DNA of 64,000 nucleotides from Raja brachyura (GCA_963514005.1 OY740811.1:31496001-31560000), one strand, 5' to 3'. Shown: positions 36,330-50,357, counted from the first letter of the stretch. Program-made: numbers and translations. Notes: generated by a model from the sequence alone, not told the origin.

Positions 36330-39068
36330 CTTATTACTTCCCTTTCCTTCTCCATGGATGCTGCGTGGCCTGGTAAATATTCACAGCGTATTCTATTTCT
36401 TAGCACAAATAATAATGGGGGAGGAACTACTGCAGTTTCATGACCTTTGGGTGTAAAAAGTTCAATTTCCCTTTCTTCTAGAAGCCAATTTCTCACAATA
36501 ATTTCAATGGCCCCACTATTTGTGCCAAGCTTAACCTGGCACAGACTCAATGGACAGATTTCTAAGCCTAAGAGCTTGAAAATCTGCGAAAATTGGCACT
36601 GTGTCAGTCTAGTGCAGTTTTAGTCTTTTGGGCTCATTGAGAAAAGGCCTGTGCTGCAATGTGGGGGGGGTGGGGGGGGGGCACGTTATTCAACAGGTCT
36701 GGGTGCATCTCAGCAGTTGTTCCGACCCAATATAAAGTTTTAAAGTGTACCTGAGGTAGAATGTGTGAATTTAGATAAAGATTTTATGTCTGGTTATCCT
36801 GTTATAATTACATCCCACCCTCAAAACCTGTTTCACACGAACACCACATGATCTTGATGTTCTAATTTCAGTGAATAAGCTTTCCGTAAGTTTCTAATTT
36901 ACACTATTAAAATGAAATAAAGTATTCCTTTGAGATGACGTGTATAGAAAATACAGACTCATTGGCCTTCAGGTGAGACATTAATTTATGTTTTTTCCAC
37001 TGAAAATAGGACTTTGGAAGGAGACCAATGTTTATTCATCTCTTCACCAAAATCAAGAAGTTTATCGGCTTATTTAATTCCTGGGTGTAGAACGATCTGC
37101 ACAAAATTTAGTATTTATTTTCGCTATGTTATAAAGATGACTACACTTCAGATAAACAGCAAATTAGCTTAGAAATGCTTTTTGTAAACCTTGGGAACAT
37201 GAAGTATTCTATACTGGTGCAGCTTCTTTTGTCCTTAATTGAGCTTCCTGCAAAGCAGATCGGAATAGTTATTAAGATTTAAATGAGTCAATCAGCTTAT
37301 TAATTGGATATAACCTTAAAGGAGCACACTTCAGGAGAAGAATGAAATATAATCATCTTATTTTTATAACATCAGACTCCTGAATGCCATGTAATGGGCT
37401 GCCACCATTGTCTATTTATCCTTTTCATCCATGCCTATCCTTCGGTTAATTTATTGTGTTGCACAGGGAGCCAAATGCAACGTAATTTCGTTTGGAACTG
37501 CATATATCAATGTATTTCTAAATGACAATAAAGTTTGTTTGACTTGACTTGACATAATGCATTGTTATATTGCAAGGTGTGCTTTTTTTCATGTTCCATG
37601 CTCTTGCCTACCATTAATAAAGGCTCACCTGGATCTGATTAGATCCGTGACTAAGCTTGACACATTTCTTGCCTTTAACACATTTGACCAATCTGTCCAA
37701 TGCTACTCTTCTCCGCTTGATTCCATTTTTGCTTAGATTATTATAATCAGAGGCTCATCTGTAATGTTTCCCTTCGTCCTTATCTCCCTGAACTTTCCCA
37801 ACACCCCCCTCATTCTTTGGTCTGTCTTTGGTTTCCTTCTGTTTCTCATCTACCAGTGATGGCTCAGACAAACAAGATGTTTTGTACATGTGCATCAAAG
37901 ACATGCCCAATCCCTCACACTCCCATTGGATCTACTTGACTGGCTGACTGATTTCCTGACCTAGTATTGGATAAGCAAAGAAATTCATAAGCTTCATAGG
38001 AGGAAGTCATGGATTCTCTGCATAAATTCTTGGCCACCAGTTAAATTCAAGGAAAGAACCTGGACCGTTTTCACACATTTTCTATTTGTGTCGGACATGG
38101 AGTGGAGATTCTGCCCTATTTCAAATTCATCTGAAACACATGCTTTGGTTTCTGGTTTCCCTTGCTTCCCTAGCTGGCAATGGCAACTACATCTCAAAAG
38201 AACCCTGTTGGCTGTTGAATATTTTGGGATGTATTGAGATTGGGAAATATATCACAATAAATGGACATCAATTTTTAATTTCACACGTTCAGGCTCTGAA
38301 AAACAGCAGGTGTCTAATACTATCCAGTGGCCAGTTTAGATCTTTGTCAGATGTTTGTTAGGATAACTTTATGTATCTGCTTGAATATGGTGAAGTATGT
38401 ATATCCATTCCGCTTGTGCTTGGTGGCCTGCATTGACTCCTGCTCTGACTGTGCTTCAACTTATCCTTGTTCATAGGACTCGTGATATATAATTATATAC
38501 TAGATTTTGCGATTATTTAGTGATTTGAAGTTACACCCTCAGAATCACCTAGTCAACACCGTATAATACAGTGTCTTGGGGATGTATCTATTTCTCACCA
38601 CCCATCATCACTCCTCCCTCCATCAAACAAACCAGTTTATAAAAATCCACCCTGTTTTGTTTCAGAGAATAAAATAGCCTCTGCACTTTGAGCCCAGGGA
38701 TTTGCGGATTTGCAAATTTCCATTCCATAAATTAATAATTAAGCTATATTTATACATAATGGAGAAATAAACATTTGTTTTTCTTTACATTCTGGAAGGT
38801 GCAAAGGAATCATTGTACTCCGAGTATTAATCATTCAAGGTGTATATTTAATTTCAGTTATTCAGTTATTATTTTCAGCTTGTGTTATGAGATAATACAA
38901 TAACTGTTGATTACTTTTTTATTAGGCAATCGTTGATTTTTAAATAGCTGTAGAAACTACTAATATCGCCATGATGTGGAATGTATAAACCTTAAGCTTA
39001 CGTTTACTGCTATGTGGGCAGCTACCAATTGTGCTTCCACAAGACTCAACTTCTTGCTGAGTAGAGAC

Positions 39069-39140
39069 GTTTAGAGATATAGTGTGTAAGCAGACCCTTC
39101 GGCCCACCGAGTTTGTGCCGACCAGCGATCCCGCACACTA
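39069..39140 (-). mobile_element. Truncated SINE 3' end (HE1-like)
   Basis: tttagagatatag...cccttcggcccaccgag...accagcgatcccgcacacta matches the tails at 22699 and 53033. Confidence 0.7.
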
Positions 39141-39792
39141 AGAGGCCCTAATACAGCGATAATGTCGCGGCTTTTAAAAAATATTTTGAAGGTCATTATT
39201 TCTTTCAATTACAACACCATAAAATTCCATGGCACTTTACTGGAGCATTATCGATTTGAAAACTGGCCGCCAAAGAAGATATCGCAGTACATGATCAAAA
39301 GTTTAGACTGAGGTAGGCAAAAACATTAAAGATAGATGTTTATCAATGAAATTCCACACCTTTGTCTAACTGACCTGGAAGCTTGGTGATCAATAACAGA
39401 AAGATTAGTATCAGATAAAGTTTAGGTGCCATAATTGAAAGAATACTGAGATTTTCTTTTAAACTGTATGGTGAAGATGAATGGAAGGAGAAGGGCCATG
39501 GAAAAAATTAAAAATGAGGGCATGAATTATAATATTGGGGCATTATTGAACTCTGAGCCAGGGTTAGTCAGCATGTATAAAGATGATAGGTAAATGGCAT
39601 GTGATGCTAGAAAGACCATGCTGTGCAGTGCAGTACTGTTTATCCAGTATTTATGCATCTGGAGTTCACATGTGTCTGGCAAAAAATTCTAAGAATATTA
39701 ATCAGTGAATTTAGTTTCAAAAATTATGCAAAATAAGTGTGACCGTTTATTTGTGTGATTAGCAACAACATCCCCTGGTGCAGATTTTTTTT

Positions 39793-40360
39793 TTAAGTGC
39801 AAGGGTCGCAACGAGGTAGATTGGGAAATTGAGAATTCATCCATAGCATACGGGAAGTCTGATCAAACGTCAGATAACAGCAGGGAAATAAATGTTCTTT
39901 AATCTGTTGGTACATGGTTTCAAGCTTTTGTATCCTGTGCCCAATTGGTGAGAATAACCTGGGTGTGAGTGGTCCTTGATTATGCAGGTGCTTTCTTTCC
40001 TGAAGATGCATGAAGAGTTGATGTGGTTGCAGGTGGAGGTGGAGAGGAGGCAGGTTTGCGTGATAGACTGGGGTCCATTCATAACCCTCTACAATTTCTT
40101 GCGGCTTGGGCAGATCTGATGCCAAACCATACTATACTGCATCCGAATCAGATGCTTTCTATGGTGCTTGTGTAAGCAAAATACTAGATTTTGCAGTTAT
40201 TTAGTGATTTGAAAATTTATAAATTGTAAAGACATTGGAGACATGCTGAATTTCCTTGGCATTCTGAGGCGGTAGAAGCATTATTGTGCAATCGTGGCCT
40301 TAGTGTCAATGTGGTTGGACAAGGAAAAATTGTTGGTGATATCTAGGAACTTGAAGCTCT
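39793..40360 (-). mobile_element. Decayed Rex1/Babar-type LINE
   Basis: IIKDHSHPGYS...GTGYKSLKPCTNRLKNIYFPAVI on the minus strand. Confidence 0.75.
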
Positions 40361-43300
40361 TTATCTTTACAATTGCAATGTTGCTTTCATAATCTGTACA
40401 TCTTATGTACTCTGCACAACTGTTGGTCTTAGCAATATGAACTTGTTCTAAATACATGTATCACATGTTTCAACGTAATATCTAACTAATTTTTCCCTCA
40501 ACCCCATCCTTATCACGGTCACTGATGCTCACCCCCATACTCAACTCTGTCTCTGTCACTCTCTCACATACTTGCAACTGCATGCACTTACTTTGTCACT
40601 TAGAAATCCAGGACTTGCTGTAACATAAATATTCAAAACTCGTAAAACAAAAATGGCATACTCTAGAATTAATATTTATGCAACCAGTGGGTGCGTCAGT
40701 AACCATTCTTTATAACATTTTTAAATTTAAGTTTCCTATTAAGCAGGGATCGTCTGCATTTGTTCAGATGTCAGAGTGTCAGAAGTTATGGGGAGAAGGC
40801 AGGAGAATGGGGTTTGGAGGGAGAGATAGATTTCTCACAGATCAGCCGAACCAAATTACTTCAAGTAGCCTGGACAATGAGTTCATGGAATGTCTCTGAG
40901 TTGGTTTTCTATAACAAAAAGACGAGGACCTGATTATTTTAGCCAGTTTCTCCCATCCAGTGCACCTAGATACTTAACAATTTTGACTACCTCTATTAGA
41001 TCCTCTCTTAACCTCGTCTATCACAAGAACAAATCCAATGTATTCAGTCGATCATGGAACTTCAAGTTCTTCAAACCAGTAAATCTCTTCAGCATCTTCT
41101 CTAAGGTCCACCTATCTAATTGTAAGATATTTATTTATTTTTTAAAAAGATGTAGTCTTTCATGTACTTAATTTCTTGAAGAAAAATAATTGTACTGATG
41201 TTGCTTACACGTATATTTAGTTTTATTTATTTATCCTTTAAATATATTTAACATTCAAACACTGGTACTGCCCATACTTTCATTTCTCAATGTAAATTGT
41301 AACTGAGATTAACCCTGGGGGAATAGAATACATCCTGCTTCGAGAATAACTTCATGCCTTTCTTGAATCAGATTATTCTGGATCCAGTATTGTGTAATGA
41401 GACAGTTAATTAATAATGTTTATAGTAAAACTACAAAGTTTGAGAATGATGACTGAGATAAGCTTATTAATTTTCAACAAAGGCATTTACATAAATGTGC
41501 AAGACTTGGGAAAGTAAGTTAACAGCTAAATTAATAAAAATGAAAGGCTAAGATAATTAAACAATGACTAACACATTTATTGTTTCTAAACCTAATCCCA
41601 ACAACTATATACTTCCTTAAGGAATTAAAACTTCACTGGAACAAACTAATACAGGAATAGCACAGAATGAAATTTAAAGTGGCTTACAATGTTATGAATA
41701 GTAAAGTTGAGGATAAAGAGGGTTTTAAAAATCTTTAAAAGGATTATCAAATGATGATTGAGAAAAAAAGAATGAGAATAGAAAAATAAAAATGGATTGT
41801 AAGAACATTTACTAGTATGTAGAAATGGTTTATAAAAATACACGTGTTCCTGCAAAATAATGCCAGTAGATTATAAGAGCATTGAACAAATTTGTAATTC
41901 TCTTTGCAGCAGGGAGAACACATATTAATGGGAATTGTCGGGAATCAAGGTGAAATATAAAGTTAAGGTGAATAAATCCATCAGCAGTAATGGCCATCAT
42001 CTCAAGGCTTTTATGAGAGTTAATATATTTATCTTAATTGCCCAGAATTCCTTTGATTTGAGGATATCCCAGTGGATTTCAAAGTAGTATATTATAAAAA
42101 TTTAGCAGGTCAGGCAACATCTCTGGAGAATATGAATAGGTGACGTTTCGCATAGAGGTACGATTGGTCTAATCTTTACAAAACAAATGCAGAGGCCATC
42201 AGAAAATATCATTTATAATGTTGTCAGACGTTGTGCAAATATGTTGTTGTAACTCTTTGTGTGTTTGGCACAAAATGTAAGCTTTTGTTGGAAGGCAGGT
42301 TGGAACTGTACTGGAATCGAAATTAATCCTTGTAGATTTACCTATTTATGCTGAATAGTTAACTAGATTCACATCAATGTGTTCAAAGCCCTTTATATCT
42401 GATAGGTGAACTGAAGACATTTTATCTAATAAATACTGACTATAAGAGGCAAACTGAAGCTTTCACAAAATTGGAAATTCGAAACTGAGTTCAAATTCGT
42501 GATCTGTCTTTAACCCCCCCCCCCCCCCCCCCCCCCCCATGAATGCATATATTTGGTGTTTGATTACCCCCTTTATATTTATTTTGTAGAAAGATTGGAG
42601 TGTCTTTTTAATTAAGTTTCTTTGGGAAGATTAATTATGCATTTTTGACAAATGTCCGTAGCAAATGCATTTTTTAAAAATAAATAATGATTTAATTCCC
42701 TTTTTTAAAAAAAATAGCAAGGGAGCATTCTAATGATAAGGGATTAGCTGATGCTTGTCATGTAAGAGGGTCAGTATCCTGTGTGTCTCTGCAACTCTTA
42801 TGGGTATGTAGTAAGCCAGGAATACTTCTGCTAGCTATGGAATTATGACACTTCTTTATTTGAAAGGAACAACATTTCAATATTTTAGATGTGTTTCTGT
42901 TTATCTGAATTTGGTGTGTTTAGTGTTGTTCCATTTATTACTGATTTGGGAACCAAATCGATTCCCTGAGTCAGCTGCTGAGATACTCCAAACTGCGAGG
43001 TTTTCAAAAGGGCAGCTTGATCCCAGACTGCAAATACAACGTGCCAGAAACCTGAATCAGCAGAGTTGAACGTGTAGCCAATCCTCACAATAGCAATTTA
43101 CTTTTAACACTTTGTGATCATTATTTTGGGACATATAATATATATCACATGTGTGCATTTGCTGATTTATTTTGGGGGGGGGATTGAAAAATAGATTGTT
43201 TTTATCTCATAATGGATATTATGGATGTAGGTGTTCAAAAAGAAAGAATACATTTGCCTTGCAAGAACATAGTTGGATAACCATTGTAGGGTGTGTTCTG

Positions 43301-43754
43301 AAATGCATTGTTGCATTTTGTTTCATATAAACAAATTTGCACTTTTGTTTTGATGAAAAATGAAGAAAATGTCTTGTTCCTCTTTTATGACATGAATGAA
43401 GCCATTTTGGATTGAAACAATCCCAATACATAAACAAAAAAAAAATCAATATCTATATCAAAGTTTATAGAGTAAAGAATCTATCTATATGATATTTTAA
43501 CAGTGGTTTTGCTTATGAGGCATTCTGTTGTATTGAATCATTATTGTTAAGAGAGTTGCATCATATATTTAATAACTTTATATTGAAGTTGAGTGCTTGG
43601 GAGAGCAAGTTTGCAAAAATAAATTTATAAGTAGCACCAGATATGAGTAGAAAGGCATTTCAGGTGGACATCTATTTTCGTGTATATAGATAGTGGTAGT
43701 ATTTATCATGATATGTAATCAGCAGAAGAACATCGATTAGGTAACCAGTCTCAT

Positions 43755-44416
43755 CGTCCCATCCCTACCCCTTTCCGCCTTCTGCAGAGACTACTTCCTC
43801 CGCAATTCCTTGGTTCACTCTCCCCTTCCCACCCAAACTCACCCATCGCCAGGTACTCTCCCCCGCAACTACGAGATGTAACACCTGCCCCTATACCCCT
43901 CCAACACTTTCATCCTATGACCCCAGCAGTCTTTCCAGGTGAGACAGTGATTCACGTGCAGCTCTTCTAACCTTCCCTACTACCATTGTGGCCTCCTGTA
44001 CCTCATCAAGACAAAGCATAGACCCAGCAACCGTTTCGTCAATCACTTGCCCTCGATCCACCAAAGCCTAAGGGATCTCCCGATTGCTAACTATATTTAA
44101 CTCCTTCACATTCCCATACTGACCTTTCTCTAGTGGGCCTCCTTCATTCCCAGAGTGAGGCCACACGCAAACTGGAGAAACAGCACCTCGTATTCCGCTT
44201 GGCTAGCTTACAACATTCTCCAATGTTAGGTAACTATAAGATCCTCCTTCCCTGCCCCGTGCACCACCTGGACTTGTACCCATTTCTGCCCTCCCCCTTC
44301 CTCCTACATTTCTTTTTCCAGCTTCACAATTTGCAACTCTTCAATCTTTTGTGTCTCACACCTTCTGTTTTTACATCTATGACCTTTGCCCACCATCTGC
44401 CTATCAATGAAATGCG

Positions 44417-44447
<31 letters not shown>

Positions 44448-44640
44448 CAACAACCCCAACCCCCCCCCCCCCCCCCCGTCCTGCCCCTCCTCTCCTGCAA
44501 CTTCCACCCCCAATCGATCTCAAGAAGGATCCCGACCTGAAACATCACCAGTCCATGTTCTCCAGAGCTGCCGTCTGACCCGCTCAGTTACTCCAGAATG
44601 TTGCTTTTTTTTTGTAAACCACAATGTGCAGTTCCTTGTA
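43755..44640 (+). mobile_element. Decayed Penelope-like element (GIY-YIG region + pLTR)
   Basis: PLSAFCRDYFLRNSLVHS, QQSFQVRQ.FTCSSSNL, GLLHSQSEATRKLEKQHLVFRLASLQ; terminal block near 44520-44640. Confidence 0.82.
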
Positions 44641-45180
44641 ATCCATAGATGTGGGCATAAACTAAAAGTAGTAATTCAAATATGAACTGAGTGTTTCCAA
44701 GCAAATGAATATTGCAATATGCATTCTTAAGGAGGGTGTAGAACAATTCCTATCTCGGAGTCCTCCAGTTCATAATTTCATGACTGCTTTGTAAAAATCT
44801 TCAGTAATTTCTGGCTGCTTGCCATGATACTTAATGCAAAAAGTCAGTCGCTTGTTGGCTTTTATAGTGTTGCAAAATAGTCTTCCAGCTGGTTTAGGTG
44901 TCAGCAGCCTGACGCGATCTGACCTTGCAGCTGCTTTGAGTATAATATAACAGCACTGCTGGCAATTGATGAGTATCTTGGATACCATTCAATGAGGTGC
45001 AGTTGAATTGTATAGAGTAATCAACCCACTTCAGCATTCTGTTTTCACATTTTTATTAATTGCATGCACGAGTTTTAGTGATGGATCGATGTAAATTCAT
45101 AACCGATAGGTTTGCATATTGTCATGAACCGACGAGAAACCTGTTCATTTGGAATACATCTATTCCAATCTAATTAATGT

Positions 45181-45390
45181 GTGGAAAGAACTGCAGATGC
45201 TGGTTTAAATCGAAGGTAGACACAAAATGCAGGAGTAACTCAGCGGGACACACAAAATGCTGGAGTAACCCAGCTGGATAAATAAATAGTAAAAGTCTGA
45301 GGAAGGGTCTCGACCCGAAACGTCGTCCATTCCTTCTCTCCAGAGATGCTGCCGGTCTCGCTGAGGTACTCCAGCGTTTTGTGTCTACAC
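45181..45390. mobile_element. Inverted pair of Penelope-like terminal repeats with imperfect 16-bp TSD
   Basis: Minus block(s) then plus block; ccaatctaattaatgt (45165-45180) and ccaatataatcaatgt (45391-45406). Confidence 0.8.
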
Positions 45391-46454
45391 CCAATATAAT
45401 CAATGTTAGTTGAGTAGCCATTTGAAAAGCACGTGTAGTCTAGAAAATTCTGATATCAAATGATTTTGCTTCCATTGAGCATATTTAAATTGGAATGTCT
45501 ACATTTCAAAACCGTCCGTTATGCTGGTACAAGTGTCAGCGGATATAATTGCCACATTCTGATTTGTTTTGCATATTCTCAACAAATAAAAATGTAATTG
45601 GCTTTTAGTTTCAGTGTTGTGCCTTCTGTGACGTTGAGAAACTTAATTTGCCTTAAAGTTATTTTGAAGTGACATGCCCTCTTCTCCAGTAACACAACAC
45701 ACTTCTAGTAGTTGGTCCATAAAGCTTCTTGCATGAACATTCAAGTCAGTAAATCATATTTAAAACATGATTCAATACTTATATATTTTCCTATTAATGG
45801 TAGATAATGCGTAATCTTACTTTATTTGGTGTTAATAATTACTTAGACTTGTTAGGAGCACTGCACAAATTATTCTTCATACTTAGCATCCCATACTGTT
45901 AAACGTCAGAGTTCTTCCCTGCCAATACTCTACATGACTCACACCTGCGGTTTTAAAAATAATTAAGCTAAAAGATAGGAGAGAAAATTACTTAAATGGT
46001 AGAAATACAGAAATAAAAACACATTGAAAATATTCACCAGATCAGGCAGCAATTCTTTGGAGAAGTAATTGAACTGAAACATTAACTCTGTCACTGTCTC
46101 CATAGATGCTGCTTGATCTGCAGGGTATTTCCTGCATCTGCAGTATTTTGAATCTTTAAATAAGATATATTCTCTTTCCCCAAAAAGATTGCGGCTTTCA
46201 TAACTGAAATCGACATTATAATGAAAGGTAACCCACAAGATTAACCTGAGTGAATGATGTACAATCGTTGAATTTGTAAGTTATTTAAGTAAATAAACCA
46301 CATTTTTGTCCAACTTCACACCTTCACAATTAATTCATCTTCCATGTGCTCTCTCTTGGTCCCTCCTCTCTGTGTGTAAGTTTAGCACCACAAAGACTGT
46401 TATTTTTCAGGAACTGGGCTTTGCATAAAACTGCATTTATTGACTATCCTAATA

Positions 46455-47110
46455 TGCGAGTTCGGTATTCCGACTGCGCATGCCCAGGTCATGGGTCACT
46501 CGCGATAAACATTCTCGGCGGCTGTGCAGACCTGCGTTTCGTCCGTGGTAGGGATTGGACCCGGGTCTCCGCTGCTGCAGGCATTGTTGAGTTACTGCTG
46601 GGCCATCACCACCCCCTCCCAGGTATCCCGTCCATGTCCGGGGGTGGCCGGGGATGTCCTTGGGCTAGCGGGATGGTGGCCCGGGCTTGCAGCCGGCACG
46701 GATGCAGAGCGCTCTTCTCCAGCTCGGCTCTGCTTGTCCCGCCGGGTTGACCGGCGGCCCTGGACTGGCGGGGCGTGAGCCCTGAGCTCGCAGCCTGCGT
46801 GGAGAAGAAGCACTAGCTCAACTACTCCAGGCCGGTGTCCCGTCCAGGGCTGTCGGTTAACCCGGCGGGACAAGCAGAGTTCAGCAGGAGTTGGTGCTTC
46901 TTCTCTGCACTGACTGAAGGCCTGGGCTGCCACTGCGGCAAGCCGGTGTCCCATCGGTCCAGGATCGGCCCAGGTGTTTCCGGCTGCCCCCGGCCGGGGA
47001 TGGGGCGCTTGCGGAGGGGCGGTGGTGGTTCGGCGGCGCCGGAGGCCCGGGTTTGATCCTGGCTGCGGTGGGGCGCAGGTCTGTGTGTAAACGGTAGCCG
47101 GGGGTGTTTA
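46455..47110. other. GC/CpG-rich intronic island with internal inverted repeats, origin unknown
   Basis: Abrupt GC rise within an AT-rich intron; 39-bp and 19-bp inverted repeats; TGCGCATGC near 46475. Confidence 0.6.
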
Positions 47111-47759
47111 TCGCAAGTGACTTTTGACAAATCCCATGATTCCTTGCACTTTTTGGAATACCGGACTTGCTTATTGCCCTTGAAAAAGTAGCAATGAACT
47201 GCTTTTATGTCCGGGCATAGATTATCCATAGATAGATTGGGCAGGGAGGTTTAGTGTTTCGAATTGGCAATGACGTATGACTTGCTTTATATTTCCAAGT
47301 CAGGATGTGGCATCCCTTGGAGATGAACCTGCTGATGTGGTGTTCCTGTGCATTAGCTACCCTTTTATTTGGTAGCAAAGGTCACAAGTTCAAGATGTGA
47401 TTTGTAGGAGCCTAGATGATACTCATTGTAGCCACTGTACGCCAGTTGTGGAGGGACTGAATGTTAGGTTGATGGCCTCTCAATTATGTGGTCGTGGATG
47501 GTGTCTTGAGAATTGATGTTGCTTTACTCATCCAGTTGTAAGCAGCTGCTTGTGACTTTTAGATGGTAGAAAGGTTTTGGAGGGTACTAATCGGCTCCAG
47601 ATCTAAACACAGACTTAGCAAGAGTAAGCCGTGTCAAGTCATGTTTATTTTCAGGTCGAGCCACCACTAGTCAACAACAGATGCTATCTCACTGACTACC
47701 TTTTGCTCTGGGTCATCTGGATAATAGAAACACATACATCAGGCTACTATTCATTGATT

Positions 47760-48530
47760 ACAGCTCGGCATTTAACACTATCGTCTACTCCAAACTCATC
47801 ACCAAGATCTAAGACCTGGGCCTCTGTATCTCCATTGGCAACTGGATCCTTGGCTGATTCGTTGCAGACCACAATCAGGATGATCAGTAACAACATCTCC
47901 TCGCTGATTATCAGCACAGATGCACCTCAAGGCTGCCCGCTTAGCCCAATGCTCTACTCTCTTCACACCAGTGTCCATGTGGCTATCACAGCTCCAATAT
48001 AATCAATCAATTCACTGATGACAGAGGGGTGATGATGAGTCAGTGTACCGGAGAGAGATTGAACACCTTGTTGAGTAGTGCTGCAACAATAACCTCTTGC
48101 TCAATGTCAACAAGACCAAAAACTAATCGCTGATGTCCAAAGGGGAAGTCAAGAGACCACGCACCAGTTTGCATTGATGGGTCGATGGTGGCGAGAATTA
48201 GCAGCTTCAGATTGCTCGCCGTTAACATCTCAAATAACTTGTCCAGGGCACAGCACTAGGATGAAATCACCAAGAAAGTATGCCAGCGTCTCTACTTTCT
48301 TAGATGTTTAAAAAGATTCCGTACATCTCTGAATACTCTTAACAATCTTCTACAGTTGAACTGTTGAAAATATCTTGATTCATTGCACAATAGCCTCTGA
48401 TGGCAATTCCAACACATGGCAACACAAGAGGCTGCCGCAGGAGGCTGCGGGGAGTAGCGGACTCATTAACGGCCAATCATGTTCACATCCCACCCGTTAG
48501 CATCTAGAAGGCGGTATCTATTATCAAGGA
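47760..48530 (+). mobile_element. Decayed Rex1/Babar-type LINE RT region
   Basis: SSLIISTDAPQGCPLSPMLYSL, NNLLLNVNKTK and QRLYFLRCL motifs with frameshifts. Confidence 0.8.
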
Positions 48531-49376
48531 ACAGCGCCCACAAGGATAAACCTAAACTGGACACAGATGACCAATTGTAACTTGATAGTGTTGTTGGTCA
48601 TGTCTTGCATCATTTTGCCAATGATTAGACAATAGTTGCTCTTATTGGGTTTTTTCTACATTTTGTGGACAGGACATAACTCAGCAATTTTCTACATTGT
48701 TGGGTTAATGTCAATTTTATGACTACTGGGTCAACTTGACAAGGGCACGGCCTAATCTGCAGTGCTGGTCTTTAGTACTATAGCTGGGATTTATTTTTGG
48801 TCCCACAGCGTTTGCTCTATATGATACTTGCATTTATTTCTTCATTTCAAGTGGTGTAAATCAATCTACCTTGAGTCCAGCTTCTGTGATGGTGGCAATC
48901 TGGGAGGAACAGAGATTATCTATTCAGGATGTGGCTGAACATGTTGCAAACTACTACTTTAGGTCTCGCATGTTGGGTTCTGCCATAGTTGAAAAAGGGG
49001 AATGTTCTTGGAGCTGCCTCTTTCTGTTAGCTGTTTAATCGTTTACCATTACTCATGACAAGATGCCATCAGACTGCTGAGGTTTAATTTGATCCTTTGG
49101 TTGTGAGATCGCTTGGTTCTGTGTTTTCCATGGTGCTTTAATTGGTCAGCACACAAGTATTATTTTAATCACACATTTTTATATAATCTCCCTTATTAAC
49201 AACTAGTTTTCATTTTTGAAAGAACGGATTCACACAATATCACAACTTTTGTTGGGAATTTGTTTTATTCATACAGTGTTTGGGACAGGTGCTTCACTGG
49301 CCTTCCAGTATTGTTTGAAACTGTCATGTTTATCCAACTTCAATCTGTCATCACCAAATCTATCAATTTATATCTA

Positions 49377-49583
49377 TTGTGTGGGGGGGAAAAACTGCAG
49401 ATGCTGGTTTAAATCTAAGGTAGACACAAAATGTTGGAGTAACTCAGCAGGACAGGCAGCATCTCTGGAGAGAAGGAATGGGTGATGTTTCGGGTCGAGG
49501 CCCTTCAGTCTGAAGGGTCTGGCCCAAAACGTCACCCATTCCTTCTCTCCGGAGATGCTGCCTGTCCCGCTGAGTTACTCCAA
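49377..49583. mobile_element. Foldback (inverted) Penelope-like repeat with 13-bp TSD
   Basis: Arms about 49434-49506 and 49511-49583 are reverse complements; caatttatatcta at 49364-49376 and 49584-49596. Confidence 0.85.
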
Positions 49584-50357
49584 CAATTTATATCTAGGTT
49601 TTCTCAGCTTCTTGAAGATTCATCCACCTCTGTTTTAAACTGTGCTATAGATTCTTTATTTTTTTTTATTTGACTGAATGGAATATTTATTGTAATAATT
49701 TTAATACATTTTAAAAAAGGTTGGAATTTTGGTCACTGAAATGAAATAAATTTGAATCCTTATAAAGGTGGTTGGTTGGCGACACCACATTGACACCAAA
49801 ATATGAGTCACCAGCACTTATAGTTATCGTGATGGGAATTCATAAACTGTGCCGCAGTATGTTATTTGTATTCCTTAAACGCATATTAGTATTGGTCAAG
49901 AGACATGATCATGCACTACACTCCCAACATTAGAAAGATATTCTACTGATTAACTAACATCTATGTGAAACATAGCAAGCTTTGTTATAAAGAAATTGTT
50001 TATTAATTTATCACTGTTATATAATATTTCAGTTACACTTCAAAAACATATTTTCAGACTTTGCTGTGCACTTATAACAGCACGAACAAAACGTTTGTAT
50101 GCGAGTGAATGCATAATCTACTAAAGATCATTGTCGCTGCCACTATAAACCTGACTGTAAGAGATTCTTAAGTTAATTTTCATTTACAGCTTGGTATCTT
50201 TGGGGAAATATGAGCTCTCTCCATAGGAACAAGAGATTTAAGATAGATATAAATATGCTGGATATTGTTTAATCTGCAGCTATGATGAGAATGTGCTCAA
50301 TTTTTGCCAGGTGGAGTGTAGTCGGTCAGTACTAACCGGTAGTTCTATTTGTTGCAG

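Noticed and set aside
46346-47229. Several 73-135 aa ORFs in the GC-rich intronic island
   Set aside because: No recognisable domain; explained by GC content and inverted repeats.
15355-50357. Intronic snoRNA or miRNA genes
   Set aside because: No convincing C/D or H/ACA box pair with a terminal stem, and no non-repeat pre-miRNA hairpin, found by eye; an Rfam scan is needed to exclude them.
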